Assembly (NCBI GenBank): GCA_903944135.1
Contig: CAJAQL010000006.1
Coordinates: 9,425 to 73,424 of the forward strand
DNA from: an uncultured Parcubacteria group bacterium
GTDB taxonomy: Bacteria > Patescibacteriota > Minisyncoccia > UBA6257 > 2-01-FULL-56-20
Direction of reading: 5' to 3'
DNA: 64,000 nt
Positions 19,031 to 29,467 of the stretch are shown here, piece after piece. The position numbers and the translations under genes are program-made. Each line of letters starts with the position of its first letter. Within the stretch, counting starts at the first letter, position 1. The notes beneath the pieces were generated by a model. That model was given only the letters and a program-made list of their open reading frames with translations. It was not told the origin of the DNA and ran no database searches.

Positions 19031-20332
19031 ATGTCCGAAACAGGTTCAAGTTTTCGCGGTCTTGGCATCGCGCCGAGCATTCTTACCATTCTCGATAAGA
19101 TCCATTTTACGATACCGACGCCTATTCAGGAAAAATCCATCCCTCAGGCGATCGAAGGGAAGGATATGATCGGCATCGCAGAGACAGGCACCGGAAAAAC
19201 GCTCGCGTTCGGCGTTCCGCTTATCCAAAACATCCTGAAAGACCCTCGCCGTAAGGCGCTTGTGCTTCTTCCGACGCGCGAGCTTGCTGTACAAGCCGAC
19301 GAAATGCTGCGCAAGGTCGCCGTTCCGCTCGGTCTCAAGACCGCCGTATTGATCGGCGGCGAATCCATCCGAAAGCAATGGTACGCGCTTGATCGCAAAC
19401 CGCAGATCATTCTCGCAACGCCAGGGCGGCTCATTGATCATCTCGAACAGAAAACCGTGAGTTTGAAAGATGCGACGATCGTCGTTCTTGATGAAGCCGA
19501 TCGGATGCTCGATATGGGATTTGCGCCTCAGCTTCGGCGGATCCTCGAAGTTCTTCCCTCTGAGCGGCAAACCATGCTTTTTTCGGCGACCATGCCGCAA
19601 AGCATCGTTTCCATGGCGCGTGCTTTTCTCAAACTTCCTGTAAGCATTGAGATCGCCCATCCTGGTACGGCCGCGAAGGATGTGACCCAGGAATTGTTTT
19701 TCGTGACGCAACCGGAAAAATTACGCTTGCTCGAAAAAGTATTGCAGGAATATCGCGGCTCAGTTCTCATTTTTACGAGAACGAAGTTCGGCGCAAAAAA
19801 GATCGCGGTCCATCTCCGCTCGCTCGGACACGCGGCGGTCGAATTTCATTCCAACCGCTCACAGAACCAGCGTCAAGAGGCGCTTATGGGCTTCAAGAAC
19901 GGCAAGTATCGAGTTCTCGTCGCGACCGACATTGCGGCGCGAGGCATCGACGTAAAGAACATCGAACTGGTGTTGAATTATGATCTTCCTACCGTTACGG
20001 AAGATTATGTCCATCGCATCGGGCGTACCGGACGCGCAGGCCAGAGCGGCCACGCTATCTCATTTGCGCGGCCGGACGAAAGAAGAGACGTGCAATCCAT
20101 TGAACATTTGATGCGCATGACACTTCCTGTTTCAAAGCTGCCGGCACTTCCTCCTCCTTCGCCTCAAGATGCGCAATTGTTCGAACGCGAGCGAACGTTC
20201 CCGCCGCGCCGCTTCGGTCGCGGGCCACAGCAAGGACCGAATCGTCGCTTCGGATCCAGTAATAAGCCACAGAGTTCGGACCGTCGCCGCCCTTTTGAGC
20301 CGCATCGCCATTCCGGAGGACCACGGCGTTAG
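19031..20332 (+). CDS. DEAD-box ATP-dependent RNA helicase with an RG-rich C-terminal tail
   Basis: Q-motif region, AETGTGKT, PTRELA, DEAD, SAT, HRIGRTGRAG, and an RGG/RRFG-rich C-terminus. The start is taken at the internal Met (MSETG…). Confidence 0.9.
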   Translation: MSETGSSFRGLGIAPSILTILDKIHFTIPTPIQEKSIPQAIEGKDMIGIAETGTGKTLAFGVPLIQNILKDPRRKALVLLPTRELAVQADEMLRKVAVPLGLKTAVLIGGESIRKQWYALDRKPQIILATPGRLIDHLEQKTVSLKDATIVVLDEADRMLDMGFAPQLRRILEVLPSERQTMLFSATMPQSIVSMARAFLKLPVSIEIAHPGTAAKDVTQELFFVTQPEKLRLLEKVLQEYRGSVLIFTRTKFGAKKIAVHLRSLGHAAVEFHSNRSQNQRQEALMGFKNGKYRVLVATDIAARGIDVKNIELVLNYDLPTVTEDYVHRIGRTGRAGQSGHAISFARPDERRDVQSIEHLMRMTLPVSKLPALPPPSPQDAQLFERERTFPPRRFGRGPQQGPNRRFGSSNKPQSSDRRRPFEPHRHSGGPRR

Positions 20333-20350
20333 AATCTGGATCAAACTGGG

Positions 20351-21595
20351 CTAGACCCCGATTTTCGCCGTCTGCAGGGCGGCGGTTTTAAGTTGTCTCG
20401 AAAACAGCCAAAGCAGAATTGATGCAAGCGCCGCGATGATCGCACCGAAGCAGAAAGGATATTGAGGCCCGAACTTGTCCCAGAGAAATCCCGCGAAAAA
20501 ACTGGCGGGCAATGTGGCAAGGCCTACAGCCGTTCCGTAAATGCCGAATGCCCGACCGCGATGATCGGGACTTACGATATCGGCAAGGAAAGCTTTTGCC
20601 ACTCCAAGATTAGCCGCGTAATAAATGCCATAAAAAGCATAAAGCGGCCAGATCATGTAAGCGCGGGAGGCGAACGCAAAACCGAGGTAGACGAGCGCGT
20701 ATGCCGACCAGCCGATCAGGATCGTGGAAATGCGGCCGATCCTATCCGACAAAGATCCCAGGGGAACCGCAAACATGGCATAAATAAAATTGAACAGGGC
20801 GATGACGAGCGGAACTTCGAGGAGCGTGACGCCGAGACTTTGCGCACGAAGGATAAGAAATGCATCGGAAGAATTCCCGAACGTGAAAAGGATCACGATG
20901 CCGAGAAAAAGATAAAATGATCTCGATAGCGGCGCGCTTGTCGCCAAAATGGTTTTTTGATCGATGTCCGCTTGATTTTGCTTCGGCGTTTCTTTTACTT
21001 TAAAAACAAGAACGAGCAGCGTGACAATGAGCGGGACGGCACTGAAAAGGAGAATGAGATGATAGAGCGATGCGCTTCCTTTCAAAACATAGAGAAGTCC
21101 AAAAAGGAGAAGCGGTCCCGCGACCGATCCCAGCGTATCGAGCATCCGCGCAATACCGAAACTTTTCCCTCTGGTAGCCTCACCGGCGGAACCCGCAATC
21201 AGAACGTCCTTCGGCGGATCCTTGAGCCCCTTTCCCGTGCCGTCCATAAAACGCAATCCCAGGACCGAAGCGCTGGAGGTGAAGAGCGCAAGAAGCGGGC
21301 GGCTGACCATCGAAAAGAAATAGCCGATGAAGATGATCGGTTTTTGTTTTTTGAACTTGTCCGAAAAGAGCCCCGCGATAACGGCAAAAAGATAACTGCT
21401 TGCCGTCACGAGCCCTTCAGCAATACCAACGAACGCCTTATCGAATCCGAGGATCGTCGTGTAATAGATCGGCAAGATAGGGGAGAACGTATCCTGGCTG
21501 ATGCCGCCGAAAAAGCTCAGTAAGCCGACGTAAAAAACATTTCTGTTCTTCGGGGGATTTTTGGGCGTTTCCATGATCCTTATATCATAAACCAC
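20351..21595 (-). CDS. MFS transporter
   Basis: 12 predicted TM helices with two-halves architecture and an MFS-like loop motif GxxxDRxGRR (SDRIGRIST). Confidence 0.8.
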   Translation of the reverse strand: MVYDIRIMETPKNPPKNRNVFYVGLLSFFGGISQDTFSPILPIYYTTILGFDKAFVGIAEGLVTASSYLFAVIAGLFSDKFKKQKPIIFIGYFFSMVSRPLLALFTSSASVLGLRFMDGTGKGLKDPPKDVLIAGSAGEATRGKSFGIARMLDTLGSVAGPLLLFGLLYVLKGSASLYHLILLFSAVPLIVTLLVLVFKVKETPKQNQADIDQKTILATSAPLSRSFYLFLGIVILFTFGNSSDAFLILRAQSLGVTLLEVPLVIALFNFIYAMFAVPLGSLSDRIGRISTILIGWSAYALVYLGFAFASRAYMIWPLYAFYGIYYAANLGVAKAFLADIVSPDHRGRAFGIYGTAVGLATLPASFFAGFLWDKFGPQYPFCFGAIIAALASILLWLFSRQLKTAALQTAKIGV

Positions 21596-21639
21596 TCCGG
21601 CAATTTAAAAAATCATGGTTCAGCTATAAGGGTCCGCCG

Positions 21640-22296
21640 TCAGATGACATATTGCAGGATCAGGAAAAAATGGAATATGCTTCCGCCGAGAACGAACAGG
21701 TGCCAGATGGAATGGAAATAACGGATATCATCGAAGCCGAAAAAGATCATGCCCACGGTATACGAAACCCCGCCGGCGATCAGCAGTTCTATCGCGCGCG
21801 GAGGCAGGGCATGCCAAAGCGGAACGATGAAAAAAACGATGAGCCAGCCCATTGCAAGATACAGCACGGCCGAAGCAACGTTATGCTTGTCTATGGCAAG
21901 GCTTTTATAGACGATCCCCGCGATCGCCAGCACCCAGACGAGGGCGAAGATGGTCCATCCCAATTTTCCTCCTATGGTTATCAAGACAAGCGGCGTATAG
22001 GTTCCTGCGATCAGAAGATAGATCATGCAATGATCGAGAATATGGAATACATGCCTTGCTTTCGTTCTTGCAAGCGCGTGATAGAGCGTTGACGAGAAAT
22101 AGGAAAGCATCATGGACAGGCAAAAAATAAGCACACTGACGTTTACGATCGTGCTCTTCATGCTTTCCGCTTTGACGAACAGGATTATCGTTCCGAAGAT
22201 CGACAGTAAAAGACCTATATTATGAGTGATCGCCCCGGCGATCATATCGCTCAGCCGGTACGGATAAACATCCTTTGGACAATCCATTGTTCTCAC
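21640..22296 (-). CDS. Hemolysin III / PAQR family channel protein
   Basis: 7 predicted TM helices, conserved HALARTKARHVFHILDH and HSIWHLFV motifs. Confidence 0.85.
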   Translation of the reverse strand: MRTMDCPKDVYPYRLSDMIAGAITHNIGLLLSIFGTIILFVKAESMKSTIVNVSVLIFCLSMMLSYFSSTLYHALARTKARHVFHILDHCMIYLLIAGTYTPLVLITIGGKLGWTIFALVWVLAIAGIVYKSLAIDKHNVASAVLYLAMGWLIVFFIVPLWHALPPRAIELLIAGGVSYTVGMIFFGFDDIRYFHSIWHLFVLGGSIFHFFLILQYVI

Positions 22297-22464
22297 TTTA
22301 TTCTTAAACTAAGGAAGTGTCGAGATGGATTCTCATTGAAATATCGGGTTTCCCTGCATTTATGATCACTTTTTATGGACGAACCATTGCTGTTTCTGTT
22401 AATATGAAAATATTCCCTTTTATAGAGACATCTTCGGACATTATTTCTTCATTTTATCGATCCA

Positions 22465-23280
22465 ATGGAACCACGCAATGCATCATCAATCGTAGAGATC
22501 GCTCATCTCACGAAGCGATTCAAAGATTTCACCGCGGTGAATGATATATCTTTCGGCGTCGAACCGGGAGAGATCTTTGCGTGCCTGGGGCCGAACGGTG
22601 CCGGAAAAAGCACGCTCATCAAGATGCTTATCACCTTGCTCGCGCCAACGAGCGGCAATGCCGTCATCAACGGACATGATATCGTGCATCATGCTGCGGA
22701 TGTGCGAAATACGATAGGCTACGTTCCTCAGTCAATCTCGGTGGATGGAACTCTTACGGCATACGAAAATTTGATGCTTTTTGCCCGCCTCTATGATATT
22801 CCACGGTCAGAATGCAAAGAACGCATACGGAAAACGCTCGCTTTTTTGCATCTCGAAAACCACGCGAACGCGCTTGTCAGAACTTTTTCCGGAGGCATGG
22901 TCAGAAAAATGGAGATCGGACAGGCGATGCTCAACCGGCCGAAAGTATTGTTCCTGGATGAGCCGACAACGGGACTTGATCCGATCGCACAGCAGAGCGT
23001 ATGGGAACATCTCGCGGATCTGCGCAAGACGATGGGAACGACCATCTTCTTTTCAACCCACAATATGGAAGAAGCCGATGGCGTGAGCGATCGGGTCGCC
23101 ATTATGAACCAGGGGAAGGTTGCCGTCATCGGAACCGTACCCGAATTGAAAGCAAAAACGAACAAACCGAACGCCACCCTTGAGGATGCTTTTATTTTCT
23201 TCGCAGGAAGCGATCTGGAAGAAACCGGTAACTTTCGCGACATTCGCAGAATGCGCCAAACCGAAAAAAGGTTGGGGTAA
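22465..23280 (+). CDS. ABC transporter ATP-binding protein (ABC-2 exporter type)
   Basis: Walker A GPNGAGKST, signature FSGGMVRK, Walker B LFLDEPT. Confidence 0.85.
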   Translation: MEPRNASSIVEIAHLTKRFKDFTAVNDISFGVEPGEIFACLGPNGAGKSTLIKMLITLLAPTSGNAVINGHDIVHHAADVRNTIGYVPQSISVDGTLTAYENLMLFARLYDIPRSECKERIRKTLAFLHLENHANALVRTFSGGMVRKMEIGQAMLNRPKVLFLDEPTTGLDPIAQQSVWEHLADLRKTMGTTIFFSTHNMEEADGVSDRVAIMNQGKVAVIGTVPELKAKTNKPNATLEDAFIFFAGSDLEETGNFRDIRRMRQTEKRLG

Positions 23281-23294
23281 TATTTTAAACACCG

Positions 23295-24071
23295 ATGTTC
23301 CATTATCTTTTTGAGACGATCAAAAAATCATGGGTGATGGCCGAAATGGAGGCCCGGAAGCTCATGCACGATCCGACCGAGCTCATTTCCCGTGCCGTCC
23401 AGCCGATCTTGTGGCTCGGTATTTTTGGTGAAGCGTTAAGCAAAGTGCACGCAATCCCGACAGGTGGCTACACGTATTTGCAGTTCATCACGCCGGGCAT
23501 CCTTACGCAGTCGGTTGTTTTTGTCGCGATCTTCTACGGCCTCTATATCATTATGGATCGCGACACGGGCATCCTGCAGAAACTGCTCGTGACGCCTACG
23601 CCACGCATGGCATTGGTCTGGGGCAAAATGCTTGCCGCGGGTCTGAGGGGATTGACCCAGGCGCTCGTCGTTTTCATTTTTGCTCTCATGCTCGGCGTCC
23701 AATTGCATATATCGTTCTGGTCCATCATCGGGGTCATTGTGATCGTCCTTTTGGGTGCGGCGGTCTTCACGGGAATTTCGATGATCATAGCTTCCATCGT
23801 AAAAACGCGCGAACGGTTCATGGGCATCGGGCAGGTCATCACGCTTCCTCTTTTCTTCGCTTCGAACGCGATCTATCCGATCTCGATCATGCCCGGTTGG
23901 CTCCAAGTGGCGGCAACCGTCAATCCGTTGAGCTATATGGTGGACGGATTGCGCACGCTCATGCTCACGAACACCAGCACCGGAGTGGGACTTGATATCC
24001 TTATCCTTGCGGCGGTCGCCCTCGTCATTTCCGTAATCAGCGCATGGATGTATCCGAAGGTCGTGATATGA
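23295..24071 (+). CDS. ABC-2 family transporter permease
   Basis: 6 predicted TM helices, immediately downstream of the ATPase. Confidence 0.8.
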   Translation: MFHYLFETIKKSWVMAEMEARKLMHDPTELISRAVQPILWLGIFGEALSKVHAIPTGGYTYLQFITPGILTQSVVFVAIFYGLYIIMDRDTGILQKLLVTPTPRMALVWGKMLAAGLRGLTQALVVFIFALMLGVQLHISFWSIIGVIVIVLLGAAVFTGISMIIASIVKTRERFMGIGQVITLPLFFASNAIYPISIMPGWLQVAATVNPLSYMVDGLRTLMLTNTSTGVGLDILILAAVALVISVISAWMYPKVVI

Positions 24072-24649
24072 CAAACATGAACACGTTATCTATCGATAAA
24101 GCAAAAACAGCATTGGTTGTCATAGATCTTCAGAAGGGCATCGTTAAGAGACCATTGGCTCCCTATGCATCCGATGTCGTGGTAAAAAATGCGGCGGCGA
24201 TCGCGGATTTTTTCAGAAAGAACGGCATGCCGGTATTTTTGGTGCACGTGACTCCGTCTCCGGACGGGAAAGATGCCCTGCATCCGATTGCCGATGCGGA
24301 ACCATGGACGCAGACGTCGCAGCCGGACTGGGCGGAGATCGTCCCCGCGATGGGACCGAAACAGGGCGATCTCGTGATCACGAAACACCAATGGGGTGCG
24401 TTCTACGGTACGGAGCTTGATCTGGAACTGCGAAGACGGGGGATGACGACCATCGTTCTCTGCGGCATCTCGACGAACATCGGCGTGGAGAGCACGGCAC
24501 GATTTGCGTATGAATATGGCTATCACCAGATCTTTGCGGAAGACGCGATGGCCGCCGTTTCAGCCGAAGAACACGCGTTCACGGTCACAAAAATATTTCC
24601 GCGGATCGGACTCGTAAGAAAGACCGAAGAAATATTGGCCGATCTATAA
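24068..24649 (+). CDS. Isochorismatase-family cysteine hydrolase
   Basis: ALVVIDLQKG…, catalytic Cys in VLCGISTNIGV, and Lys in ITKHQW. The start at 24068 avoids overlap with the permease. Confidence 0.8.
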   Translation: MTNMNTLSIDKAKTALVVIDLQKGIVKRPLAPYASDVVVKNAAAIADFFRKNGMPVFLVHVTPSPDGKDALHPIADAEPWTQTSQPDWAEIVPAMGPKQGDLVITKHQWGAFYGTELDLELRRRGMTTIVLCGISTNIGVESTARFAYEYGYHQIFAEDAMAAVSAEEHAFTVTKIFPRIGLVRKTEEILADL

Positions 24650-24861
24650 CCCGCATTCTTGATCCGATCCCCAAGAATAGCATCGGAGAAAACTGTTCAG
24701 GCTAAACTCGCGTTTTATTGTTTTTCTGGCGATGCTAAACAAACCAACACCTGAAATTTTCAATTTCCGCGACATGCTCATCGCGCCAAATTCTTTGAAA
24801 TTCCGCCGGTGCTTCTTTCGATAACCTCATACCTCAAGCTCAAATCTTTTTCCGGCTATAC

Positions 24862-26541
24862 CTAGGGTAGATTATGCGCCTGTGAAAATCGCGCCAAATA
24901 GTCTTGTATATTAAGAACGTCCGGAAAACGCGCAACAAGGACTTTCAATTCAGCTTCCGTTTGACTAAGATTGGCCGTTACGCTTTCCGGCTGGACGAAC
25001 GGATCAACGTAAGTGGTCCCATATTTTTGTATCAAGCTTGCGTTTGCTGGCGTGTTTTTCATCATAATTACGGAATGGCCATCCCAATAGATCATTCGAA
25101 AATTGTCATGATAAAGAGCCGTAAAGAGAGGATTGTCGTCGATAACGATAAATTGTTCCCAGTAGGGCAATATTACATAATTGATTTTATATTTTTGATC
25201 GATAATCTGTTGCCAGTTGCTGTTGAGGTCTATCACCGAAAGATAATCCTGCACGGGCTGACCCCTGAAAACCTCCGAGCGGCCGTCGATCGCGACTTTT
25301 TCTTGCGGCCATAACGCCCAGATCAAATAGCCTCCATCGCTATAATCGTTAAAGAGAGGCCCCTGGATGCCATTGTGCTTAATGAAATTGACGGCATCGA
25401 CGGGAAGCGTGATGTTGCTGACGGGGCTGTCCGGCAACATCATGATTGCTTTTACGAGGAAAAGAACGCCAAATATGGATAATAAAATCGGGAGCAGTTT
25501 TGGAGAAAGTTTCTCCACTGTTCCGCTGAACGCGGACGAGATTGCTACGGCAAGCGGCACAATAACTACGAACGGCCAAAAGATGATATAACGGGCGGAA
25601 AGAAATGGAAGAATAGAAACGCCAAGAAATAGACCGAGCGTTCCGAGGTCGCGGCTTTCCTTTCTGACGCAAAAATACCAAACAAGAAGCGCGCCAAAAA
25701 CGATGAACTCCACCAAGAAGGCCTGTACGATCGGACTACTTAATGCCGAAAGCGCGGGGCGATATTGGGTTATGTTGAAAATTTTCGCAAGCTCCCGTAC
25801 ATAGAAAGCGTAAAGAAAAATGCGGTAGGTATTTGGATTCAGGAAAGACAATCCGAGAGACAATAACGTCGCTCCGGCAAGATAGTTCGTTTGCTTGATG
25901 GTCAGGATGGTTCTTCCGAAATAACGGGGAAATTTCAGTTGAATCTTCAATGCGATCGTATAAAAAATCAAAACAACTAAACCAAGAAGAAAACTTGCAT
26001 GTATATTCGCCCAAAGCCATACGATAAAAAGAGTCGGGACGAGATAAAGAACGCGAGGATGTTCCCGATATTTTTCCAGGCAATAGATCAAAAGCACAAG
26101 GAGAAAGGTTGCAATGACTTCGGGGCGAGTCTGCCAGAAAGAGATGCTCGAATAGGCTATGATAAAACCTACGAGAAGCGTGACATAAACATTCGCCCCT
26201 TTTTTGATTGCTAACCGCACGATAAAGAAATAGCTCAGGGATGCAAGCAGGGCAGCGAATCCGATCAATGCCCAAAATCCGAAACTCGAACTAACGAGAT
26301 AGAAAACAATCTCCGCAAGCCATTCATGCGTGACCCACATCGCTCCTGGTGCGGTATATGAAAAAATATCCGCAGTGGGCACGTGTCCGCTTTCAATAAT
26401 TACCTGGCCGGTTTTGATGTGATAAAACGTATCCGAATCCTTTATTTGGTGAAATGAAAAAAGGAAGATAAGCAATAAAAAAAGAACGAAGAGCATTTTT
26501 CCCCACCATGTTGTTTTAAAGGAAACAAAAGATGGTTTCAT
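24862..26541 (-). CDS. Large polytopic membrane protein (possible GT-C-type glycosyltransferase; function uncertain)
   Basis: 559 aa with about 12-14 predicted TM helices and a first periplasmic loop carrying D/E residues (DSDTFYH…HEWLAE). Confidence 0.45.
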   Translation of the reverse strand: MKPSFVSFKTTWWGKMLFVLFLLLIFLFSFHQIKDSDTFYHIKTGQVIIESGHVPTADIFSYTAPGAMWVTHEWLAEIVFYLVSSSFGFWALIGFAALLASLSYFFIVRLAIKKGANVYVTLLVGFIIAYSSISFWQTRPEVIATFLLVLLIYCLEKYREHPRVLYLVPTLFIVWLWANIHASFLLGLVVLIFYTIALKIQLKFPRYFGRTILTIKQTNYLAGATLLSLGLSFLNPNTYRIFLYAFYVRELAKIFNITQYRPALSALSSPIVQAFLVEFIVFGALLVWYFCVRKESRDLGTLGLFLGVSILPFLSARYIIFWPFVVIVPLAVAISSAFSGTVEKLSPKLLPILLSIFGVLFLVKAIMMLPDSPVSNITLPVDAVNFIKHNGIQGPLFNDYSDGGYLIWALWPQEKVAIDGRSEVFRGQPVQDYLSVIDLNSNWQQIIDQKYKINYVILPYWEQFIVIDDNPLFTALYHDNFRMIYWDGHSVIMMKNTPANASLIQKYGTTYVDPFVQPESVTANLSQTEAELKVLVARFPDVLNIQDYLARFSQAHNLP

Positions 26542-26771
26542 CTTAAATTAAGCTATATAAATGATGCACATTACCGTTATGAGTACGAGAAAGACATATA
26601 AATCCGAGGTCTGCTACAGTTAAAATTATGCCATATTTTAATATAATTTCAAAACTTAAATACCCAAAAATGCGTGAATTCTTACGCATTGTCCATAAAC
26701 GGTCATTACAGTACAAAACGCCATTCGATGTCATCGCAAAAGCACCCAAAAATGGCAATTTGAACACAATG

Positions 26772-26842
26772 CTGGGAGGCTTGGAATCGGACCAAGATTG
26801 AGGGCTTCAAAGGCCCCTGTCCTACCATTAGACGACCTCCCA
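26772..26842 (-). tRNA. tRNA-Gln (anticodon UUG), slightly non-canonical T-loop
   Basis: Minus-strand sequence TGGGAGG-TC-GTC-TAATGGTAG-GAC-A-GGGGC-CTTTGAA-GCCCT-CAAT-CTTGG-TCCGATT-CCAAG-CCTCCCA-G. It has a U1-A72 pair and G73 (Gln identity elements), GG in the D-loop and anticodon loop cuUUGaa. The T-loop has C at position 55. Confidence 0.6.
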
Positions 26843-26916
26843 AAATGAAATGCGCTGATTGCTTGCTTCTTTGGTATAATAAATAAGAAGTCGTAAAAAA
26901 ACAAATTAAAAATCAT

Positions 26917-26945
26917 GGATTCCCGCTTTCGCGGGAACGACAGAT
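26917..26945. repeat. GC-rich palindromic repeat unit
   Basis: ttcccgctttcgcgggaa followed by cgacag. Confidence 0.7.
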
Positions 26946-26954
26946 AATAAAACT

Positions 26955-27560
26955 ATGAAATACGAATTACCGCAGTTGCCCTATGCGTACGATGCGCTCG
27001 AGCCGTACATTGACGCAAAGACGATGGAAGTCCACCACACAAAGCATCATCAAACATATACGAACAATCTGAATGCCGCCCTTGAGAAGCATCCGGAGGT
27101 CGCAGATGTGCCACTCGAGAAAATGCTCGCTGATCTCACGATCGTGCCGGAGGATATCCGGTCGGCGATCCGCAATTCCGGCGGGGGATACTGGAACCAT
27201 GATTTCTTCTGGAAAGTGATGGGTCCGCAAGCCGGAGGCGAACCGCAGGGAAAAATTGCCGGAGCAATCACGGCATCCTTCGGAGGATTCGCGCCATTTA
27301 AAGAAGCGTTCACGAAAGCGGCAGCTGGCGTGTTCGGTTCGGGGTGGGCATGGCTCGTGGCGGGGGAAGACGGAAAGTTGTCCGTGATCTCAACGCCGAA
27401 TCAGGACAGTCCGCTTGCGCTGGGCAAGAGACCGATCCTTACGCTCGATGTCTGGGAACATGCCTACTATCTCAAGTACCAGAACAGAAGGCCCGAATAC
27501 ATCGACGCATGGTGGAATGTGGTGAACTGGAATGCCGTCGAAAATAATTTTGAAAAATAA
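26955..27560 (+). CDS. sodA: Fe/Mn superoxide dismutase
   Basis: [18 protein letters not shown] and WNVVNW motifs. Confidence 0.9.
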   Translation: MKYELPQLPYAYDALEPYIDAKTMEVHHTKHHQTYTNNLNAALEKHPEVADVPLEKMLADLTIVPEDIRSAIRNSGGGYWNHDFFWKVMGPQAGGEPQGKIAGAITASFGGFAPFKEAFTKAAAGVFGSGWAWLVAGEDGKLSVISTPNQDSPLALGKRPILTLDVWEHAYYLKYQNRRPEYIDAWWNVVNWNAVENNFEK

Positions 27561-27653
27561 AGATACTGAACGATCGATCAGATAATTGTCTTTGTTTTTT
27601 CTGTTGGTTATAAAATTGCAGGGGTCGACCTAAGTCGACCCCTTTTGCAAAAC

Positions 27654-27992
27654 CTAAAAGCCTTGCGGCGAATTTTGTCCTCTCCAAAATGTTTCCGCCG
27701 GAAAATCGCCTACGTACTCGCTGGCACCGCAACGATGGCATCGCTGTTCAACGTGCACCGTGTCCAGAAGCGGATCGGTATCGTTCGGAACATATTTCTC
27801 GGTGTTTTCCGTCCACCAACTGTCACAGAAGCGGCAGCGGGCAAGGTGGCACCATGAGATGATCAAACCTCCCAGCAGGACGATCAAGACCGCGATGCTG
27901 ATAAGCTTGGTTGTAATGGCGGCGATTGCAGCTATCACCAGAACGATGAGGGCCGCAATAAGAACCTTCTTGGTGTATTTTGACATGCGCAC
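27654..27992 (-). CDS. Hypothetical membrane protein with a C4 zinc-ribbon
   Basis: Two TM helices followed by CHLARCRFC…CHRCG. Confidence 0.45.
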   Translation of the reverse strand: MRMSKYTKKVLIAALIVLVIAAIAAITTKLISIAVLIVLLGGLIISWCHLARCRFCDSWWTENTEKYVPNDTDPLLDTVHVEQRCHRCGASEYVGDFPAETFWRGQNSPQGF

Positions 27993-28038
27993 TGCCCCCT
28001 TTCCTCTTGGAATAGAATAAAACTAATTATTTTTTGCG

Positions 28039-28884
28039 TCAAATTTTTTTAGGCTTCTCGCCCTCTCGCTGGGTCACCGTAAGCCGCAATGCATCGTTTT
28101 CGATTTTCGCCTCAAGCAATTTCAGGCGTTTCCCGTCGCGCATGGTCCATACGCCCGGCTCAGGATTCAAGGCACGGATCTTGCGATTCAAATAAACAGC
28201 CCGCTCGACATTGCCGTTTTCCGCCATGGCAAGATCATCTGGTTCGACGAATCCATCCTCTGTTTTGAATTTTTTCGTGAACGTGGCATCGGCTTCGTTT
28301 TGAGGTATCGGCGTCATCTTCCCTTCATAAAATAGGGATAATGTCCTGAGAAGCAGCTCTCCTCCGACGTCTGAAAGCTTTTTTGCAAGAGAATCGAAGG
28401 TATCCGTATCTGTGATGGCGACAGGTTCTGATCTTGCGATAACTGGTCCAGAATCTATGCCTTCGTCCAGCAAATAAAGCGTGACGCCCGTTTTTATCTC
28501 GCCATTCAAAAGCGCCGTCTGGAAAGGCGACGATCCGCGGTACTTCGGCAAGAGCGACGGATGCACGCCGACCGTGCCAAGACGGGGGATATCAAGCGTC
28601 TTTTTTCTGAAAATCTTGTTATAGGCGAAAACTATAAAAAGATCCGCATGAAAGGATTTCAGTTTTTCCTGAAATTCCGCATCCAACTTTTCCGGCTGAA
28701 GGATGGGGATGGACAATCCGCGGCCCACGATCAACTGCTTCACGGGCGGCGGCGTGATGATGTGTTTTCGGCCGACGGGACGATCAGGATTGCAGACGAC
28801 CGCCAAGGGCATCATGCCATGGTCCAAAAGCATTCCAAGGCATCGGGCCGAAAAACTCGGCGTTCCAAAAAAAATATAGTTCAT
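28039..28884 (-). CDS. fmt: Methionyl-tRNA formyltransferase
   Basis: MNYIFFGTPSFS…, HPSLLPKYRG and the fmt C-terminal domain. The annotated ORF (to 29052) runs through an intergenic repeat and overlaps def, so the start is placed at the Met at 28884. Confidence 0.85.
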   Translation of the reverse strand: MNYIFFGTPSFSARCLGMLLDHGMMPLAVVCNPDRPVGRKHIITPPPVKQLIVGRGLSIPILQPEKLDAEFQEKLKSFHADLFIVFAYNKIFRKKTLDIPRLGTVGVHPSLLPKYRGSSPFQTALLNGEIKTGVTLYLLDEGIDSGPVIARSEPVAITDTDTFDSLAKKLSDVGGELLLRTLSLFYEGKMTPIPQNEADATFTKKFKTEDGFVEPDDLAMAENGNVERAVYLNRKIRALNPEPGVWTMRDGKRLKLLEAKIENDALRLTVTQREGEKPKKI

Positions 28885-28887
28885 AAT

Positions 28888-28960
28888 GAGTGCGTCATTC
28901 CGAGCTTTGCGCGGAATCTCTCTTTTTTTGAGATTTCTCGCAAGGTTCGGAATAACATGC
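28888..28960. repeat. GC-rich palindromic repeat unit between def and fmt
   Basis: gtcattccgagctttgcgcggaatctctc. Confidence 0.65.
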
Positions 28961-28969
28961 TTTCCATTC

Positions 28970-29467
28970 TTATTTTTCGTGCTCAAATATCTTTTTTGTC
29001 CGGTCAATGAAAAGTTTCCCCTGAAGATGGTCTGTCTCATGCTGGAAAACATGCGCCAGAAGCCCCCACGCTTTGATCTTGATCGGCTTGCCGTTTTTAT
29101 CGAAGCCCGTCAAGGTCACGCGTTCGGCGCGGGGGACATAGCCCCATTTTCCCGGAATGCTCAAGCATCCTTCTTCGAGGATCGCCGTATCCTCGCTTTT
29201 TTTCTCGATCTTCGGATTGAAGATCGCGTAGAATTTCATGCCGCCATCATCAACATCGGGCACTTCCGCAACAAACATATTGAGGTTCAGGCCGATCTGG
29301 TTCGCCGATAAACCGACGCCATTCGCGACACGCATGATGCGGCGCATGCGGGAAACCAGTTCAGTGATCTCTTTTTTTGTGAAATCCTTAAAATCAAAAT
29401 CGGCGGTTTTCTTCCGCAGGAATTTTTCTTCTTTTTTATCGCCCACCATCCAAATATCATTGATCAT
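28970..29467 (-). CDS. def: Peptide deformylase
   Basis: GxGxAAxQ-like GVGLSANQIG, EGCLSIPG and HETDHLQG. Confidence 0.9.
   Translation of the reverse strand: MINDIWMVGDKKEEKFLRKKTADFDFKDFTKKEITELVSRMRRIMRVANGVGLSANQIGLNLNMFVAEVPDVDDGGMKFYAIFNPKIEKKSEDTAILEEGCLSIPGKWGYVPRAERVTLTGFDKNGKPIKIKAWGLLAHVFQHETDHLQGKLFIDRTKKIFEHEK

Noticed and set aside
26543-26767. 74-aa minus-strand ORF in the AT-rich gap before sodA
   Set aside because: It has no RBS, an odd composition, and lies in a promoter-like AT-rich region adjacent to the tRNA-Gln.
28885-29052. N-terminal extensions of fmt (also bcp 35472-35735, thpR 30114-30236, typA 35729-35767 and the NUDIX gene 63833-63931)
   Set aside because: The extensions run through intergenic repeat units or overlap upstream genes. 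The conserved protein family N-termini begin at the internal Met codons.
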